Shown: positions 1-9,024 of the stretch, piece by piece
Numbering within the stretch: the stretch's first letter is position 1
Layout of the letters: each line of letters starts with the position of its first letter
Assembly (NCBI GenBank): GCA_041521345.1
Contig: JBGOHB010000002.1
DNA: 32,000 bases
Source: Virgibacillus oceani
Lineage (GTDB): Bacteria > Bacillota > Bacilli > Bacillales > Amphibacillaceae
Strand: one strand, 5' to 3'
Program-made: the position numbers and the translations under genes
The notes under the pieces: generated by a model
The model's input: the letters and a program-made list of their open reading frames with translations, nothing else
Told to the model about the DNA's origin: nothing
The model's database searches: none

Positions 1-400
1 TTTTAATCCATGGATATGTTGCCAGCGCTGCAGAAGTGGTGATACCACCCATACTCGTTCCAGCTATGCCAAAACGGTCATTCAATATCAATTCCTTTTC
101 GTCCAATTCTTTTTTTATACGCTCAAGTTCATTTACATTATTCATTACGATGTTCCAAAAAGAAACCTGCTTTTTTTCTTTAGAAACTTCCATTTCCCTC
201 ACGCCATGGTATTGACTGTCAGGAAGAATTACTCTGTACCCTTTATCCGCCAGCAAATAGGCGATTGGCAGATTATGCTCCTTGGCACTCGTAAACCCAT
301 GAAAATAGACCACTGTTGGCAATGACTCTTTTTCCTTTGTTGTTTCTACTACATGTAAAACCGGAATCTCGTTCAGTTGTTGTTCAAATATGCCGATCAT
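1..400 (-). CDS. alpha/beta hydrolase (YitV-like esterase), N-terminal part; gene runs off the left edge
   Basis: Absent from the ORF track because it is open at the edge. Minus-strand ATG at 400-398 follows GGAGAAAAACG. Translation MIGIFEQQLNEIPVLHVVETTKEKESLPTVVYFHGFTSAKEH...RFGIAGTSMGGITTSAALATYPWIK carries a G-x-S-x-G nucleophile elbow (GTSMG). It lies divergent to the yitU-like gene, as in B. subtilis. Confidence 0.7.
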   Translation of the reverse strand, partial: MIGIFEQQLNEIPVLHVVETTKEKESLPTVVYFHGFTSAKEHNLPIAYLLADKGYRVILPDSQYHGVREMEVSKEKKQVSFWNIVMNNVNELERIKKELDEKELILNDRFGIAGTSMGGITTSAALATYPWIK

Positions 401-569
401 CGTTTTTCTCCTTTGTTCGCTTTTACCCATATGAAAAAATTATCTGTAACCTTTCTTTCATAATATCATTTTACTTTCTTATTCATCCATTTTGCAACTA
501 ATGTAAAGGAAAAATTACTTTACATCATCGCTGTTCCCCTATAAACTGTTGTCTAACGAGGTGAGAAAA

Positions 570-1403
570 ATGGAAAACAAAAGACATTTAATTGCTTTAG
601 ATCTGGATGGCACGCTTTTAACAGATATGAAACTGATTAGTGAGCGTACGAAAGAAACCGTACTAACAGCAATGGAACAAGGACATATTGTAGTGATAGC
701 CACCGGCAGACCACACCGGGCCAGTATTGGCTTTTACGAAGCACTTGGATTAAATACGCCGATGGTTAACTTTAACGGGGCATTAATCCATCATCCGAGA
801 GATAATAAGTGGGATGCCCTGCATAATCCAATGCCAATAAGAACCGCCCGCAAGATCATCGACGCCTGCTATGAAATGAACGTAAACAATATCCTGGCTG
901 AAGTCCTGGATACGGTCTATTTGGATCAGTTTAATCAGCAAATCATTGATATTTTTCAATCGATGCCGGATGAATCCCCTTTTAAAATCGGAAATATAAA
1001 AAACAACTTGTCCGAAGACCCTACTTCCATTTTGATTCATCCAAAAGAAAACCATATCAGGGAGCTCCGAAGTCATTTAGATGATTTTCATGCAGAGCTG
1101 ATCGAGCACCGGAAATGGGGTGCACCATGGAACATCATTGAAATTGTTAAAAAAGGCATGAATAAAGCTGTAGGATTGCATAAAATCGCCAAATACTTTG
1201 ACATCCCCCCGGAACGCATTATTGCTTTTGGAGATGAAGACAACGACTTGGAAATGATCGACTATGCAGGAGTCGGTGTAGCCATGGGAAATGCCATTGA
1301 TGAACTTAAATCAGTTGCCAAACATGTCACAGATACGAACGAAGCAAATGGCATCGGGAATTTCCTTGAACAGTATCTATACCTTAAAGTGAAGTCATTT
1401 TAA
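570..1403 (+). CDS. Cof-type HAD-IIB family phosphatase (B. subtilis YitU-like)
   Basis: ATG at 570 follows GAGGTGA; the track start at 549 is a TTG with no RBS. HAD motif I DLDGTLL and motif IV GDEDNDLEM are present, with a Cof-like cap region. Confidence 0.88.
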   Translation: MENKRHLIALDLDGTLLTDMKLISERTKETVLTAMEQGHIVVIATGRPHRASIGFYEALGLNTPMVNFNGALIHHPRDNKWDALHNPMPIRTARKIIDACYEMNVNNILAEVLDTVYLDQFNQQIIDIFQSMPDESPFKIGNIKNNLSEDPTSILIHPKENHIRELRSHLDDFHAELIEHRKWGAPWNIIEIVKKGMNKAVGLHKIAKYFDIPPERIIAFGDEDNDLEMIDYAGVGVAMGNAIDELKSVAKHVTDTNEANGIGNFLEQYLYLKVKSF

Positions 1404-1543
1404 AAATCACAAATTATCCCCCTAAATAAATCACCAAGTTTTAACAGGAAAATTAGCTCGGCTGCTCTAATCCAATTTAAACGGTTTTCCTTAACTATTT
1501 CCCAAAAGTTTCATGCTATAGCATTGCTGTAATAATTCATACT

Positions 1544-1574
1544 AAAAGTGAACGTAAAATACGTTCACTTTTTT
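1544..1574 (+). terminator. rho-independent terminator after the HAD phosphatase gene
   Basis: Stem GTGAACGT / ACGTTCAC with loop AAAAT, followed by TTTTTT. Confidence 0.7.
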
Positions 1575-1710
1575 CACGGATAAGAAATAATTAGTGAAAA
1601 GCAGGTTAATTCACTGCAGTTTCAGTGATGAGACGGTTAGCCAGACCTAGCAAGATTTTTTCTAACTGCCTGATAAGCGATATTTTAGTCCATGTGAAGG
1701 AGGAATCATC

Positions 1711-1860
1711 GTGGGAAAAAAGAGTAAGTCGAAACGATTTAGTCAACAGAGCGCTGATTCTATCAAGAAGCATGATGAACGATTTCCCTACAGATCAACG
1801 TTTTCCGATGCGGAGCGTAAGAGTGGGGAAGCAGATAACCATACTGTAGGAGGGTTTTAA
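1711..1860 (+). CDS. small basic protein, 49 aa, function unknown
   Basis: Below the track size cutoff. GTG at 1711 follows a strong RBS (AAGGAGG plus 7 nt). Translation MGKKSKSKRFSQQSADSIKKHDERFPYRSTFSDAERKSGEADNHTVGGF. Its stop at 1858-1860 lies 1 nt before the next start, and its 3' end supplies that gene's RBS. Confidence 0.45.
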   Translation: MGKKSKSKRFSQQSADSIKKHDERFPYRSTFSDAERKSGEADNHTVGGF

Positions 1861-1861
1861 G

Positions 1862-2068
1862 TTGGAAAACAATAATAATAACCTGTTTCAACAGGCCAAA
1901 GACGCTGTCACAAACTTAATGAATAACCAGAACAATCAAGCAAATGCCCAGGATCAACAAGCTGTACAAAATGCCATTCAAGCTGCCTATAATGAGGCTA
2001 CACCTGAAGAAAAGCAGCAATTACAGCAACTGGAGAATCAATTGAGACAGCAAAACGAAATGCAATAA
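1862..2068 (+). CDS. Q/N-rich small protein, 68 aa, function unknown
   Basis: TTG start with RBS GGAGGG 8 nt upstream. Low-complexity N/Q-rich helical sequence. A strong terminator follows. Confidence 0.55.
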   Translation: MENNNNNLFQQAKDAVTNLMNNQNNQANAQDQQAVQNAIQAAYNEATPEEKQQLQQLENQLRQQNEMQ

Positions 2069-2143
2069 CCTCTGCACCCTTGATGTTAATGTAATTTCTC
2101 ATTTCATTTGTTGATGAAACGGTTTTACCACTGATACAAGGGT

Positions 2144-2178
2144 AAGACTGCCTTCTTTTTTGAAGGCAGTCTTTCTTT
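2144..2178 (+). terminator. rho-independent terminator
   Basis: 12-bp stem AAGACTGCCTTC / GAAGGCAGTCTT with a T-rich loop and T-rich tail. Confidence 0.75.
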
Positions 2179-2274
2179 CATTTCTCTCCGTTCCCTAAAA
2201 TTCGGTATAATTCCTTTTTTAATGATGCTATTTCTGCTAATATAGGGATGAGTAGACATAAGGAGGTTTTAAAT

Positions 2275-2538
2275 ATGGGAATTCGCGCTGAAGCGACACC
2301 AAACCCAAATGCTTTAAAATTCACAGCAGATAAACTGATTTTCGAAGGTACGAACAGCATTTCAGTTATGCCCGGGGATAAAAGTGAACATGAGATTTTA
2401 AATGACCTGATGAAACTTGAAGGTGTGGACAACGTTTTCGGATACCAAAATTTTATTACCGTGAATAAACTTTTTGGAGTAGAATGGGATGATTTGACAC
2501 CTAAAGTAGAAGAGGTATTTGAAAAACACGGGTACTGA
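2275..2538 (+). CDS. Nfu/NifU N-terminal domain protein (Fe-S scaffold-like)
   Basis: ATG at 2275 follows AAGGAGG. MGIRAEATPNPNALKFTADKLIFEG... is the typical Nfu_N signature. Confidence 0.8.
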   Translation: MGIRAEATPNPNALKFTADKLIFEGTNSISVMPGDKSEHEILNDLMKLEGVDNVFGYQNFITVNKLFGVEWDDLTPKVEEVFEKHGY

Positions 2539-2595
2539 TCTACATAGAATGCAGGCCAATCCAGTTTATACTTTCCTGATTCAGCACAGGATAAT

Positions 2596-2634
2596 AGAGA
2601 GACACATGTGTATTTTTCGGTGTCTCTTTTTTTG
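2596..2634 (+). terminator. rho-independent terminator
   Basis: Stem AGAGACAC / GTGTCTCT followed by TTTTTTT. Confidence 0.65.
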
Positions 2635-2906
2635 CGTTTACCGGCAGATTGTATTTTTATTTACCTTGTAATAATTGGTGTATCTTTATTACAATGAAGG
2701 CTAATTATCGGGAATATGGGGGTAAGATAATTCTTTCTCTCGGATAAAGCTCACCCTTCCCAGATAAGTTAAAGGAATTATATGTGACCTTGCATAACAT
2801 AAAGATGGTCACTCGGACACTTAAAGACGTTATACGTGACCGAGTATTACCTTCCCCTGCACTTTCGGACGTTTAGAACCCCTTTATCAACCGCTGGACA
2901 AACTGC

Positions 2907-3308
2907 CTATAAATCCACTGGAATATGGTTTGGATTAATCATATCCCCTTCACTATTTTTTCCGTATAATACTATGATGGGCGGCTCTTCGTTATTTGCA
3001 TAGTTCTCTGTTAAATCCAGTATAATCTCAAAGTTGCTCCAGTCAGACTGAGATTCCTCCAGACCCATGTGGGTCTCTTCAATAATTACGTTTCCCTCTT
3101 CTTCCACCCTATAATAAAATTCATCAGATGCAGTGCTTGCTTCTCCGGTTACTTCCACTTCCAAGTCCTCGACTTCCACTTCCACATTCCTCAGATTAAC
3201 CGAACCTGTTCGATCCGTTTCAGACGCATTTTCATCAATAGTTTCTCCAGTATCTCCACAAGCTGCTAAAAACAGTACCGTAATGATGATCAAATTTAAA
3301 TACCTCAT
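2907..3308 (-). CDS. lipoprotein, possibly with a Gmad2-like Ig domain
   Basis: ATG at 3308 follows GGAGATAACAGT. MRYLNLIIITVLFLAACGD has a lipobox (LAAC). The rest is acidic and beta-rich. The track start at 3380 overlaps the upstream gene and has no RBS. Confidence 0.7.
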   Translation of the reverse strand: MRYLNLIIITVLFLAACGDTGETIDENASETDRTGSVNLRNVEVEVEDLEVEVTGEASTASDEFYYRVEEEGNVIIEETHMGLEESQSDWSNFEIILDLTENYANNEEPPIIVLYGKNSEGDMINPNHIPVDL

Positions 3309-3321
3309 ACTGTTATCTCCT

Positions 3322-4164
3322 TTAATCTCTTCTAAACAAACCATATACTCCTGTTGTCTGTACCACATTTGTAAATGCATTTGGATCTATCTCATATACA
3401 ATCCGTTCTAAATCGTATAATTCATAGCGTGTTATAACAAGGTATAACATATGTTTATCTGATTGTGTATAAGCACCTTTGACAGGTAATATTGTAATTC
3501 CTCGTACCATTGTCTGATGGATCGCTTTCTGCAATTCATCCGCTTCATGTGTAATAATCATTGCCGTAACTTTTTCATGACGAGTATGAATGGCATCAAT
3601 GACACGGGTCGTTACATATAACGTGAGTAATGTGTACAACGCATTCTCGGGTTCATACAGGATACCTGCCAATGCAATGATAATGGAATTTAAAATCATA
3701 AAATATGTTCCAATCGGTTTATCCTTCATGCGTGATAATATCATTGCCACTATATCCATACCGCCTGTAGAAGCACCGATTTTCAACGTCAGTCCGACTC
3801 CAATTCCCGCAAGCACACCGCCGAATACCGCATTAAGTATAATGTCTTCAGACAAGGCGATGACCGGCAGCAGTTCCAGAAATAATGTAGTAAACATAAC
3901 AGAAATGCTACTGTAAACGGTAAAACCTTTGCCAACTTTCATCCAACCTAAAATAGCTACAGGTATGTTAAATAAAGCAAGAAAGATTCCCGTGCTAATG
4001 CCGATTCCCAGAACGTCGTAGAAAAAACTTGAAGTCAACTGGGCAAACCCGGTAAAACCACTTGCATAAACATTTGCACCTATCAAGAAAAAATTTAGTG
4101 AAATCGCATTTAATAACGCCCCAAACATAACGCCGGCAATCCGTTTTGCCTCGATTAGAAACAT
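3322..4164 (-). CDS. YitT family membrane protein (DUF2179 C-terminal domain)
   Basis: Multi-pass N-terminal region plus a C-terminal soluble domain. The sequence pattern is typical of B. subtilis YitT paralogues. RBS AGGAGG lies upstream of the ATG. Confidence 0.85.
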   Translation of the reverse strand: MFLIEAKRIAGVMFGALLNAISLNFFLIGANVYASGFTGFAQLTSSFFYDVLGIGISTGIFLALFNIPVAILGWMKVGKGFTVYSSISVMFTTLFLELLPVIALSEDIILNAVFGGVLAGIGVGLTLKIGASTGGMDIVAMILSRMKDKPIGTYFMILNSIIIALAGILYEPENALYTLLTLYVTTRVIDAIHTRHEKVTAMIITHEADELQKAIHQTMVRGITILPVKGAYTQSDKHMLYLVITRYELYDLERIVYEIDPNAFTNVVQTTGVYGLFRRD

Positions 4165-4405
4165 ATTTTACCTCCTTTTCCTACATGAGTTGCACTAATG
4201 AAGACAGTTCCATATCCTGAGTTTTCACTTATCCCGTTAAAAACAAACCTGATTCCAGACAGGTAGAACTATCATATAATACACCTAATACCTTAAAGTG
4301 CAACCTAAATTTAACAAAATGTGATTTTTTACAATGAGACATATGAATTATACAGATGAAAAAGTTATATACTTTAAAATCTGCTAAATAATCATGCAAT
4401 ATGCT

Positions 4406-4434
4406 TTGACTATCTTTATAACTAGCTTTAAACT
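4406..4434 (+). promoter_or_regulatory. putative sigma-A promoter for degV
   Basis: TTGACT, 17-nt spacer, TAAACT, about 35 nt upstream of the degV RBS. Confidence 0.35.
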
Positions 4435-4467
4435 AAAAGAAACATATAAAAAAGAGGGTGAGAAAAA

Positions 4468-5325
4468 ATGACGGTTAAAATAATAGCAGATTCTGCTTGT
4501 GATTTATCAACTACACATTATAACGAATATGATATTGAAATGATACCATTAACTGTTCACCTAGATGATAAAGAATACAGAGACGCCATCGATATCGATC
4601 CAAAAACCGTTTATGATGCGATGAGAGAAGGCGCTATGACAAAAACATCCCAGGTTACGCCGCAGACATTTAAAACAGTTTTTACTTCCTACGCCAAGGA
4701 AAATAAGCCATTTGTTTACCTTGCCTTTTCTTCTGAACTATCAGGTACATATCAATCAGCAAAAATGATGGAACAGGAAGTAAAGGAAGAATATCCGGAT
4801 GCAGATTTTGAAGTGATTGACACAAAATGTGCTTCGATCGGATATGGACTTGTTATCCTGCATGCAGCAAAACTGGCCAAGCATGGAGCAACGCTTGAAG
4901 AAATAGCAGTATCAGGAACCAAACATGCCAAAAACATGGAGCATATTTTTACTGTAGATGACCTGGAATATCTAAAACGCGGGGGGCGGGTGAGTAAAAC
5001 TGCAGCCTTTGTAGGTTCGCTCCTCAAAATTAAACCACTTCTTCATGTCGATGAAGGAAAGCTGATTCCGCTGGAAAAAATTAGAGGATCCAAAAAAGTA
5101 TTGTCAAGAATGCTGGAAGTTATGGAAGAAAGAGGGACAGACTTCAAAAACCAGACAATCGGAATCAGTCATGGTGATGATCTGCAAAGAGCGGAACAAT
5201 TGGCAGAAATGATCAGGGAAAAATTCGGAACAGATGACATCCTTATAGAAATGGTCGGCTCGGTCATCGGCGCTCATTCCGGTCCCGGAACTATTGCTTT
5301 ATTTTTCTTAAATAATACGGACTAA
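4468..5325 (+). CDS. DegV family fatty-acid-binding protein (YitS-like)
   Basis: MTVKIIADSACDL start and full-length DegV-like sequence. RBS AGAGGGTGA. Confidence 0.9.
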   Translation: MTVKIIADSACDLSTTHYNEYDIEMIPLTVHLDDKEYRDAIDIDPKTVYDAMREGAMTKTSQVTPQTFKTVFTSYAKENKPFVYLAFSSELSGTYQSAKMMEQEVKEEYPDADFEVIDTKCASIGYGLVILHAAKLAKHGATLEEIAVSGTKHAKNMEHIFTVDDLEYLKRGGRVSKTAAFVGSLLKIKPLLHVDEGKLIPLEKIRGSKKVLSRMLEVMEERGTDFKNQTIGISHGDDLQRAEQLAEMIREKFGTDDILIEMVGSVIGAHSGPGTIALFFLNNTD

Positions 5326-5369
5326 TGAATAAAGTGCTGAAAAAGCTTGGTGAATGCAATACACCCCAG

Positions 5370-5401
5370 ACCTGACCCGCATTATTGGGTTGGGTTTTTT
5401 T
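5370..5401 (+). terminator. rho-independent terminator after degV
   Basis: Stem ACCTGACCC / GGGTTGGGT (two G-U pairs) followed by a T-run. Confidence 0.6.
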
Positions 5402-5566
5402 ATCCCTTCCCCGCAAAATTGTCCTTTTTTCGTCATATTTTTAATAAATTTTGATGACTATTACCTTACTATGGATTGCATTTTCCCGGAATAAATAGCA
5501 TATCCAATTGTTTTTATTCATAGTTATAGAGCAGGGGTTGTACAAAATATACGGGAGGGGTACAAG

Positions 5567-5755
5567 ATGCAAATAAGTGAGTTGGTCCATACTTATCAAA
5601 ATGATTGCAACCATACACCTGACTCAGTGAATGACCTTTTGGATTATTATCAAAAAAAATACATTATCGGTGACATTGATGTTATCTATTACAGAGAGAT
5701 TTACATGTTTTTGAGTAAACAAGGTGCTATTTCCGCACATGAAAACGTGTCTTAA
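5567..5755 (+). CDS. small helical protein, 62 aa, function unknown (possibly YppF-like; weak recollection)
   Basis: RBS GGGAGGGG upstream of the ATG and its own terminator downstream. Confidence 0.5.
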   Translation: MQISELVHTYQNDCNHTPDSVNDLLDYYQKKYIIGDIDVIYYREIYMFLSKQGAISAHENVS

Positions 5756-5774
5756 GAAAATTAATCAAGATTTT

Positions 5775-5809
5775 GCAGTTTTTGACAAAAGAACAAAAAC
5801 TGCTTTTTT
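5775..5809 (+). terminator. rho-independent terminator
   Basis: Stem GCAGTTTTT / AAAAACTGC followed by TTTTTT. Confidence 0.65.
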
Positions 5810-5959
5810 ATGTTGAAATCCTATTTGCTTTTAGTTCATGTGAAACTTCTATACTTACCTTTCAAAAATACTTCTCAGATTTTTATGGCTCTGCATGGTT
5901 GAACAATACTAAATTTGGGTAAATATGTATTAACACATTATTTGTAAGGTGGGATAGCA

Positions 5960-6832
5960 ATGGGTATGGAAAAAAACAACGGAAAAATAACCCCTCCGGC
6001 TCAAAGGCAGCATAAACAGCCGGGGATTGAATCAAAAATGTTTCCGGAACCGGCATATCTCCGAAAAAGCTATAAAGGAAGCGGAAAATTGGAAAATAAA
6101 GTAGCACTGATTACAGGTGGAGATAGTGGTATTGGAAGGGCAGTAAGCATTCATTTTGCCAAAGAAGGCGCTAATGTAGCTGTTGTATACCTTGATGAAC
6201 ATGAAGATGCAGAGGAAACAAAACGGCTTGTAGAATTGGAAGGACAGCAATGTTTATTGATCAGCGGGGATATTGGTCATCAATCCTTCTGTGAAGTTGC
6301 TGTAACGGAAACAATAAATAAATTTAAAAAAATTGATATTCTCGTTAATAATGCCGGTGAACAGCATCCTCAAGGAAGTTTCATGGATATTTCCAGTGAA
6401 CAGCTGGAACAAACCTTCCGTACAAATGTATTCAGCATGTTCTATATTACAAAAGCAGTATTGCCTAATTTAAAGGAAGGAAGCTCTATTATTAACTCTT
6501 CTTCCATAACTGCTTACCAGGGAAGTGCAGATTTAATAGACTATTCGGCAACAAAAGGAGCGATAACCTCTTTTACCAGATCATTATCTGAATCAGTAGC
6601 AGCGGAAGGTATTCGAGTTAATGGAGTTGCTCCCGGCCCGATATGGACACCGCTTATTCCAGCATCTTTCAGCAAGGAAAAAGTCGATGATTTCGGTGGA
6701 AATACGCCGATGAAAAGACCGGGGCAGCCACAGGATTTAGCCCCGGCTTATGTATATCTGGCATCAGAAGATTCCAGTTATGTCAGTGGTCAAATGATTC
6801 ATGTAAATGGCGGCATCATAGTTGCAGGCTGA
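5960..6832 (+). CDS. SDR family oxidoreductase (YdaD/YhxC/YhdF general-stress-type)
   Basis: TGGDSGIGRA cofactor motif, NNAG, and a Y-x3-K active-site region. The N-terminal extension ...QPGIESKM.P.P... is typical of this SDR subgroup. Confidence 0.9.
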   Translation: MGMEKNNGKITPPAQRQHKQPGIESKMFPEPAYLRKSYKGSGKLENKVALITGGDSGIGRAVSIHFAKEGANVAVVYLDEHEDAEETKRLVELEGQQCLLISGDIGHQSFCEVAVTETINKFKKIDILVNNAGEQHPQGSFMDISSEQLEQTFRTNVFSMFYITKAVLPNLKEGSSIINSSSITAYQGSADLIDYSATKGAITSFTRSLSESVAAEGIRVNGVAPGPIWTPLIPASFSKEKVDDFGGNTPMKRPGQPQDLAPAYVYLASEDSSYVSGQMIHVNGGIIVAG

Positions 6833-6853
6833 GACAAATTTGTCTCAGCCTGC
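6824..6853. terminator. bidirectional terminator between the convergent SDR and GH13 genes
   Basis: Perfect 13-bp palindrome GCAGGCTGAGACA-AATT-TGTCTCAGCCTGC with a T-run on the plus side. Confidence 0.75.
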
Positions 6854-6869
6854 TGTTTAATTTTTATAT

Positions 6870-8378
6870 TTACTCATTATTTCCCGTTGTCTCTCTATCC
6901 TTTTGTTTGCGGCTCAATATAATAATAGCCGTAATAAACAATACAAAGCTCCCTGCTACAAAGGAGATAAAGCTCCAATTTAATCCAGCATCAGGTTGAA
7001 CGGTAAATATCTCGACTGATTCACGAGCTAGGCCAACCTGATATTCTCCTTCATCATTTGCACGTACAGTGTGATCTTCCATAAACCCTCTTAGCTGCAT
7101 TCCTTCACCAATGTCATCCAAAGTGACAACTTGTGTCTCCACATCATTATTAATAGCAATATACAATGCTTCATTATCCAGTGTTCGTTTAAAAATACTC
7201 ATAGCGCCGCTGGAACCGACCATTTCAAAATCCCCGTGTATCAATGCAGGAAATTGCATCCTTAGCGAAGAAATCCGATTATAGAACTCGGTAAAATCCG
7301 ATTCTCCGTTGTTAAATGGAACAAGGCTTCTTGTCTCTTCGATCTCAGTGCCGCCCATAGGTATTTCTGAACCTTGCAGGATAGAAGGCGCGCCTGGTGA
7401 GGTATACATGTAAGCGAGCGCGAGCGACCAAACAGTTAACGGATTACGTCCATTTTCTCCAATTAATTGCGTGAAACGTTGCGTATAAAAATCATCTACA
7501 AATAAAATATCTTTTTCTGTAGCATGTTCTTCATATGCTTGATAAATATCTGAAACCTCATTGCCTGCTTGTGAAAAAACTGCTGTAATAACTTCAAACA
7601 TTTGATAATTGTCCACTGCATCAATAGCAGGATTTTCCAAAAGATGGGACGTTTCCGCATCCGGGTCTAATACATCTGCAAGCAGGTAGAAATGATCATT
7701 GTTACTTTCTATTTCGGCAGTAAGGGTTTCTAAAAATGCAGGATCGGCTTGATCTGCGGCATGAAGTTTAAAACCGTCAATATCAGTTTCTTCCATCCAG
7801 TAGATTGCAACATCGATAAGAAAATCCTGTACTTCAGGATTTTCCTGGTTTAATACTTCCACATTTTCGGACCAGTCTGTCGTTACATCCATTTCTCCTT
7901 TTACCCAGTCCTCTCTTTCCGGATCTTCGGCAATCGGGTGACTTGATGCAATATAATTGGAGACGAACTCCATAATCACTTTAATCCCACGATCATGTGC
8001 TTCTTCAACCAATCTATGTAAATCAGCCATCTCCCCAAACTGTGCTTCCAATTCATAAAAATCCTCTATCCAGTAGCCGTGATATCCTTTGGGAGCATTT
8101 GCCATAATCGGAGAAATGGAAATGGCAGTATACCCAAGCTCTTCATATTCATCCAGTTTGTCGATGATACCTTGCAGATCCCCGCCGTGATAAGCTAGCT
8201 GGTCATTGACATCGATTTGATCATCCAGTTCATAATCACCGTTATGATAACGGTCTACCATGATATTGTATATAATTTCATCCTTTACCTGTCTTTCACC
8301 ATTGGCTGCTTCTGCTTCCGGTTGAAAAGAGGTTAGGACCAGTAAAAATATAAGAAAAGAAAATAACATTTTTTTCAT
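6870..8378 (-). CDS. GH13 alpha-amylase-family protein, secreted and C-terminally membrane-anchored; catalytic residues substituted
   Basis: ATG at 8378 follows GGAGG. Signal peptide MKKMLFSFLIFLLVLTSFQPEAEA. GH13 framework motifs are present (DRYHNGD, YHGGDLQGIIDKLDY). C-terminal TM segment FISFVAGSFVLFITAIIILS. Confidence 0.85.
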   Translation of the reverse strand: MKKMLFSFLIFLLVLTSFQPEAEAANGERQVKDEIIYNIMVDRYHNGDYELDDQIDVNDQLAYHGGDLQGIIDKLDEYEELGYTAISISPIMANAPKGYHGYWIEDFYELEAQFGEMADLHRLVEEAHDRGIKVIMEFVSNYIASSHPIAEDPEREDWVKGEMDVTTDWSENVEVLNQENPEVQDFLIDVAIYWMEETDIDGFKLHAADQADPAFLETLTAEIESNNDHFYLLADVLDPDAETSHLLENPAIDAVDNYQMFEVITAVFSQAGNEVSDIYQAYEEHATEKDILFVDDFYTQRFTQLIGENGRNPLTVWSLALAYMYTSPGAPSILQGSEIPMGGTEIEETRSLVPFNNGESDFTEFYNRISSLRMQFPALIHGDFEMVGSSGAMSIFKRTLDNEALYIAINNDVETQVVTLDDIGEGMQLRGFMEDHTVRANDEGEYQVGLARESVEIFTVQPDAGLNWSFISFVAGSFVLFITAIIILSRKQKDRETTGNNE

Positions 8379-8488
8379 TAGTAAGGCCTCCAATAGAAAT
8401 ACTGCTCTTGTTCTATTATTACGATCACAGAAAAATAGTCAATAAAAACAGATAAATTGTCAGAAATCCTTCATATTTTATAAACAAA

Positions 8489-8538
8489 GGGACGGTTCTA
8501 ATGTTGGAGAAAAACTTTCACAACACTAGAACCGTCCC
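8489..8538 (-). terminator. possible terminator after yisL (long-loop hairpin)
   Basis: 12-bp stem GGGACGGTTCTA / TAGAACCGTCCC with a 26-nt loop. On the minus strand a T-rich stretch follows. Confidence 0.4.
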
Positions 8539-8550
8539 CGTGTTTCAACT

Positions 8551-8904
8551 TTACATTGGCAGTCGCCAGAATCCAAGTATTAATGTGATAAGGAACGCAA
8601 TAATCAACTGGATCCACGCGCTTTTTTCTGCTTTTCCTTTATTGTTTCTCACAAGTATCATTTCCATTGCAACGATCACCCAAATACCAGCTAACCCTTT
8701 TACAATAGCTTCAGGGAGGAAGCTGCTGCCACCAAAATAATTAGCGATTAAATCCCCGCCGGTATACAAAATAAATAAGAAATCAAGTCTTAGTATCATG
8801 TGTAATATTTTGCCTGGCTTTGCTTTTCCCTGATTGTACATTACCAATGCAATGATGAATAGGATAAGCGCGAGCACCCAACTGGTAATATGCATATGAG
8901 TCAT
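8551..8904 (-). CDS. yisL: UPF0344 membrane protein YisL (DUF1516)
   Basis: ATG at 8904 follows GGAGGAATAAACAA. MTHMHITSWVLALILFIIAL...HMILRL... closely resembles B. subtilis YisL. Four TM segments. Confidence 0.75.
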   Translation of the reverse strand: MTHMHITSWVLALILFIIALVMYNQGKAKPGKILHMILRLDFLFILYTGGDLIANYFGGSSFLPEAIVKGLAGIWVIVAMEMILVRNNKGKAEKSAWIQLIIAFLITLILGFWRLPM

Positions 8905-9024
8905 TTGTTTATTCCTCCACTTCGCTACAGACTTTCTATTTATTGCTAAGAACATCATATCATTTTCTATTAGAAAATCCTACAATTTACTAGTTGCTCA
9001 ACAAGTGTAATTTCTAATAAAGCG

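Noticed and set aside
316-501. 61-aa plus-strand ORF
   Set aside because: It overlaps the 5' end and promoter region of the minus-strand esterase gene. It has no RBS and an odd hydrophobic composition, so it is most likely spurious.
1625-1849. 74-aa plus-strand ORF
   Set aside because: It has no RBS. A different frame holds a 49-aa ORF (1711-1860) with a strong AAGGAGG RBS and coupling to the next gene.
2640-2906. 267-bp non-coding gap with GTGACC / GGTCAC / GTGACC motifs, considered as an attenuator or riboswitch
   Set aside because: The arms cannot form consistent alternative hairpins when checked in register. No known riboswitch core was recognised, and neither flanking gene starts there.
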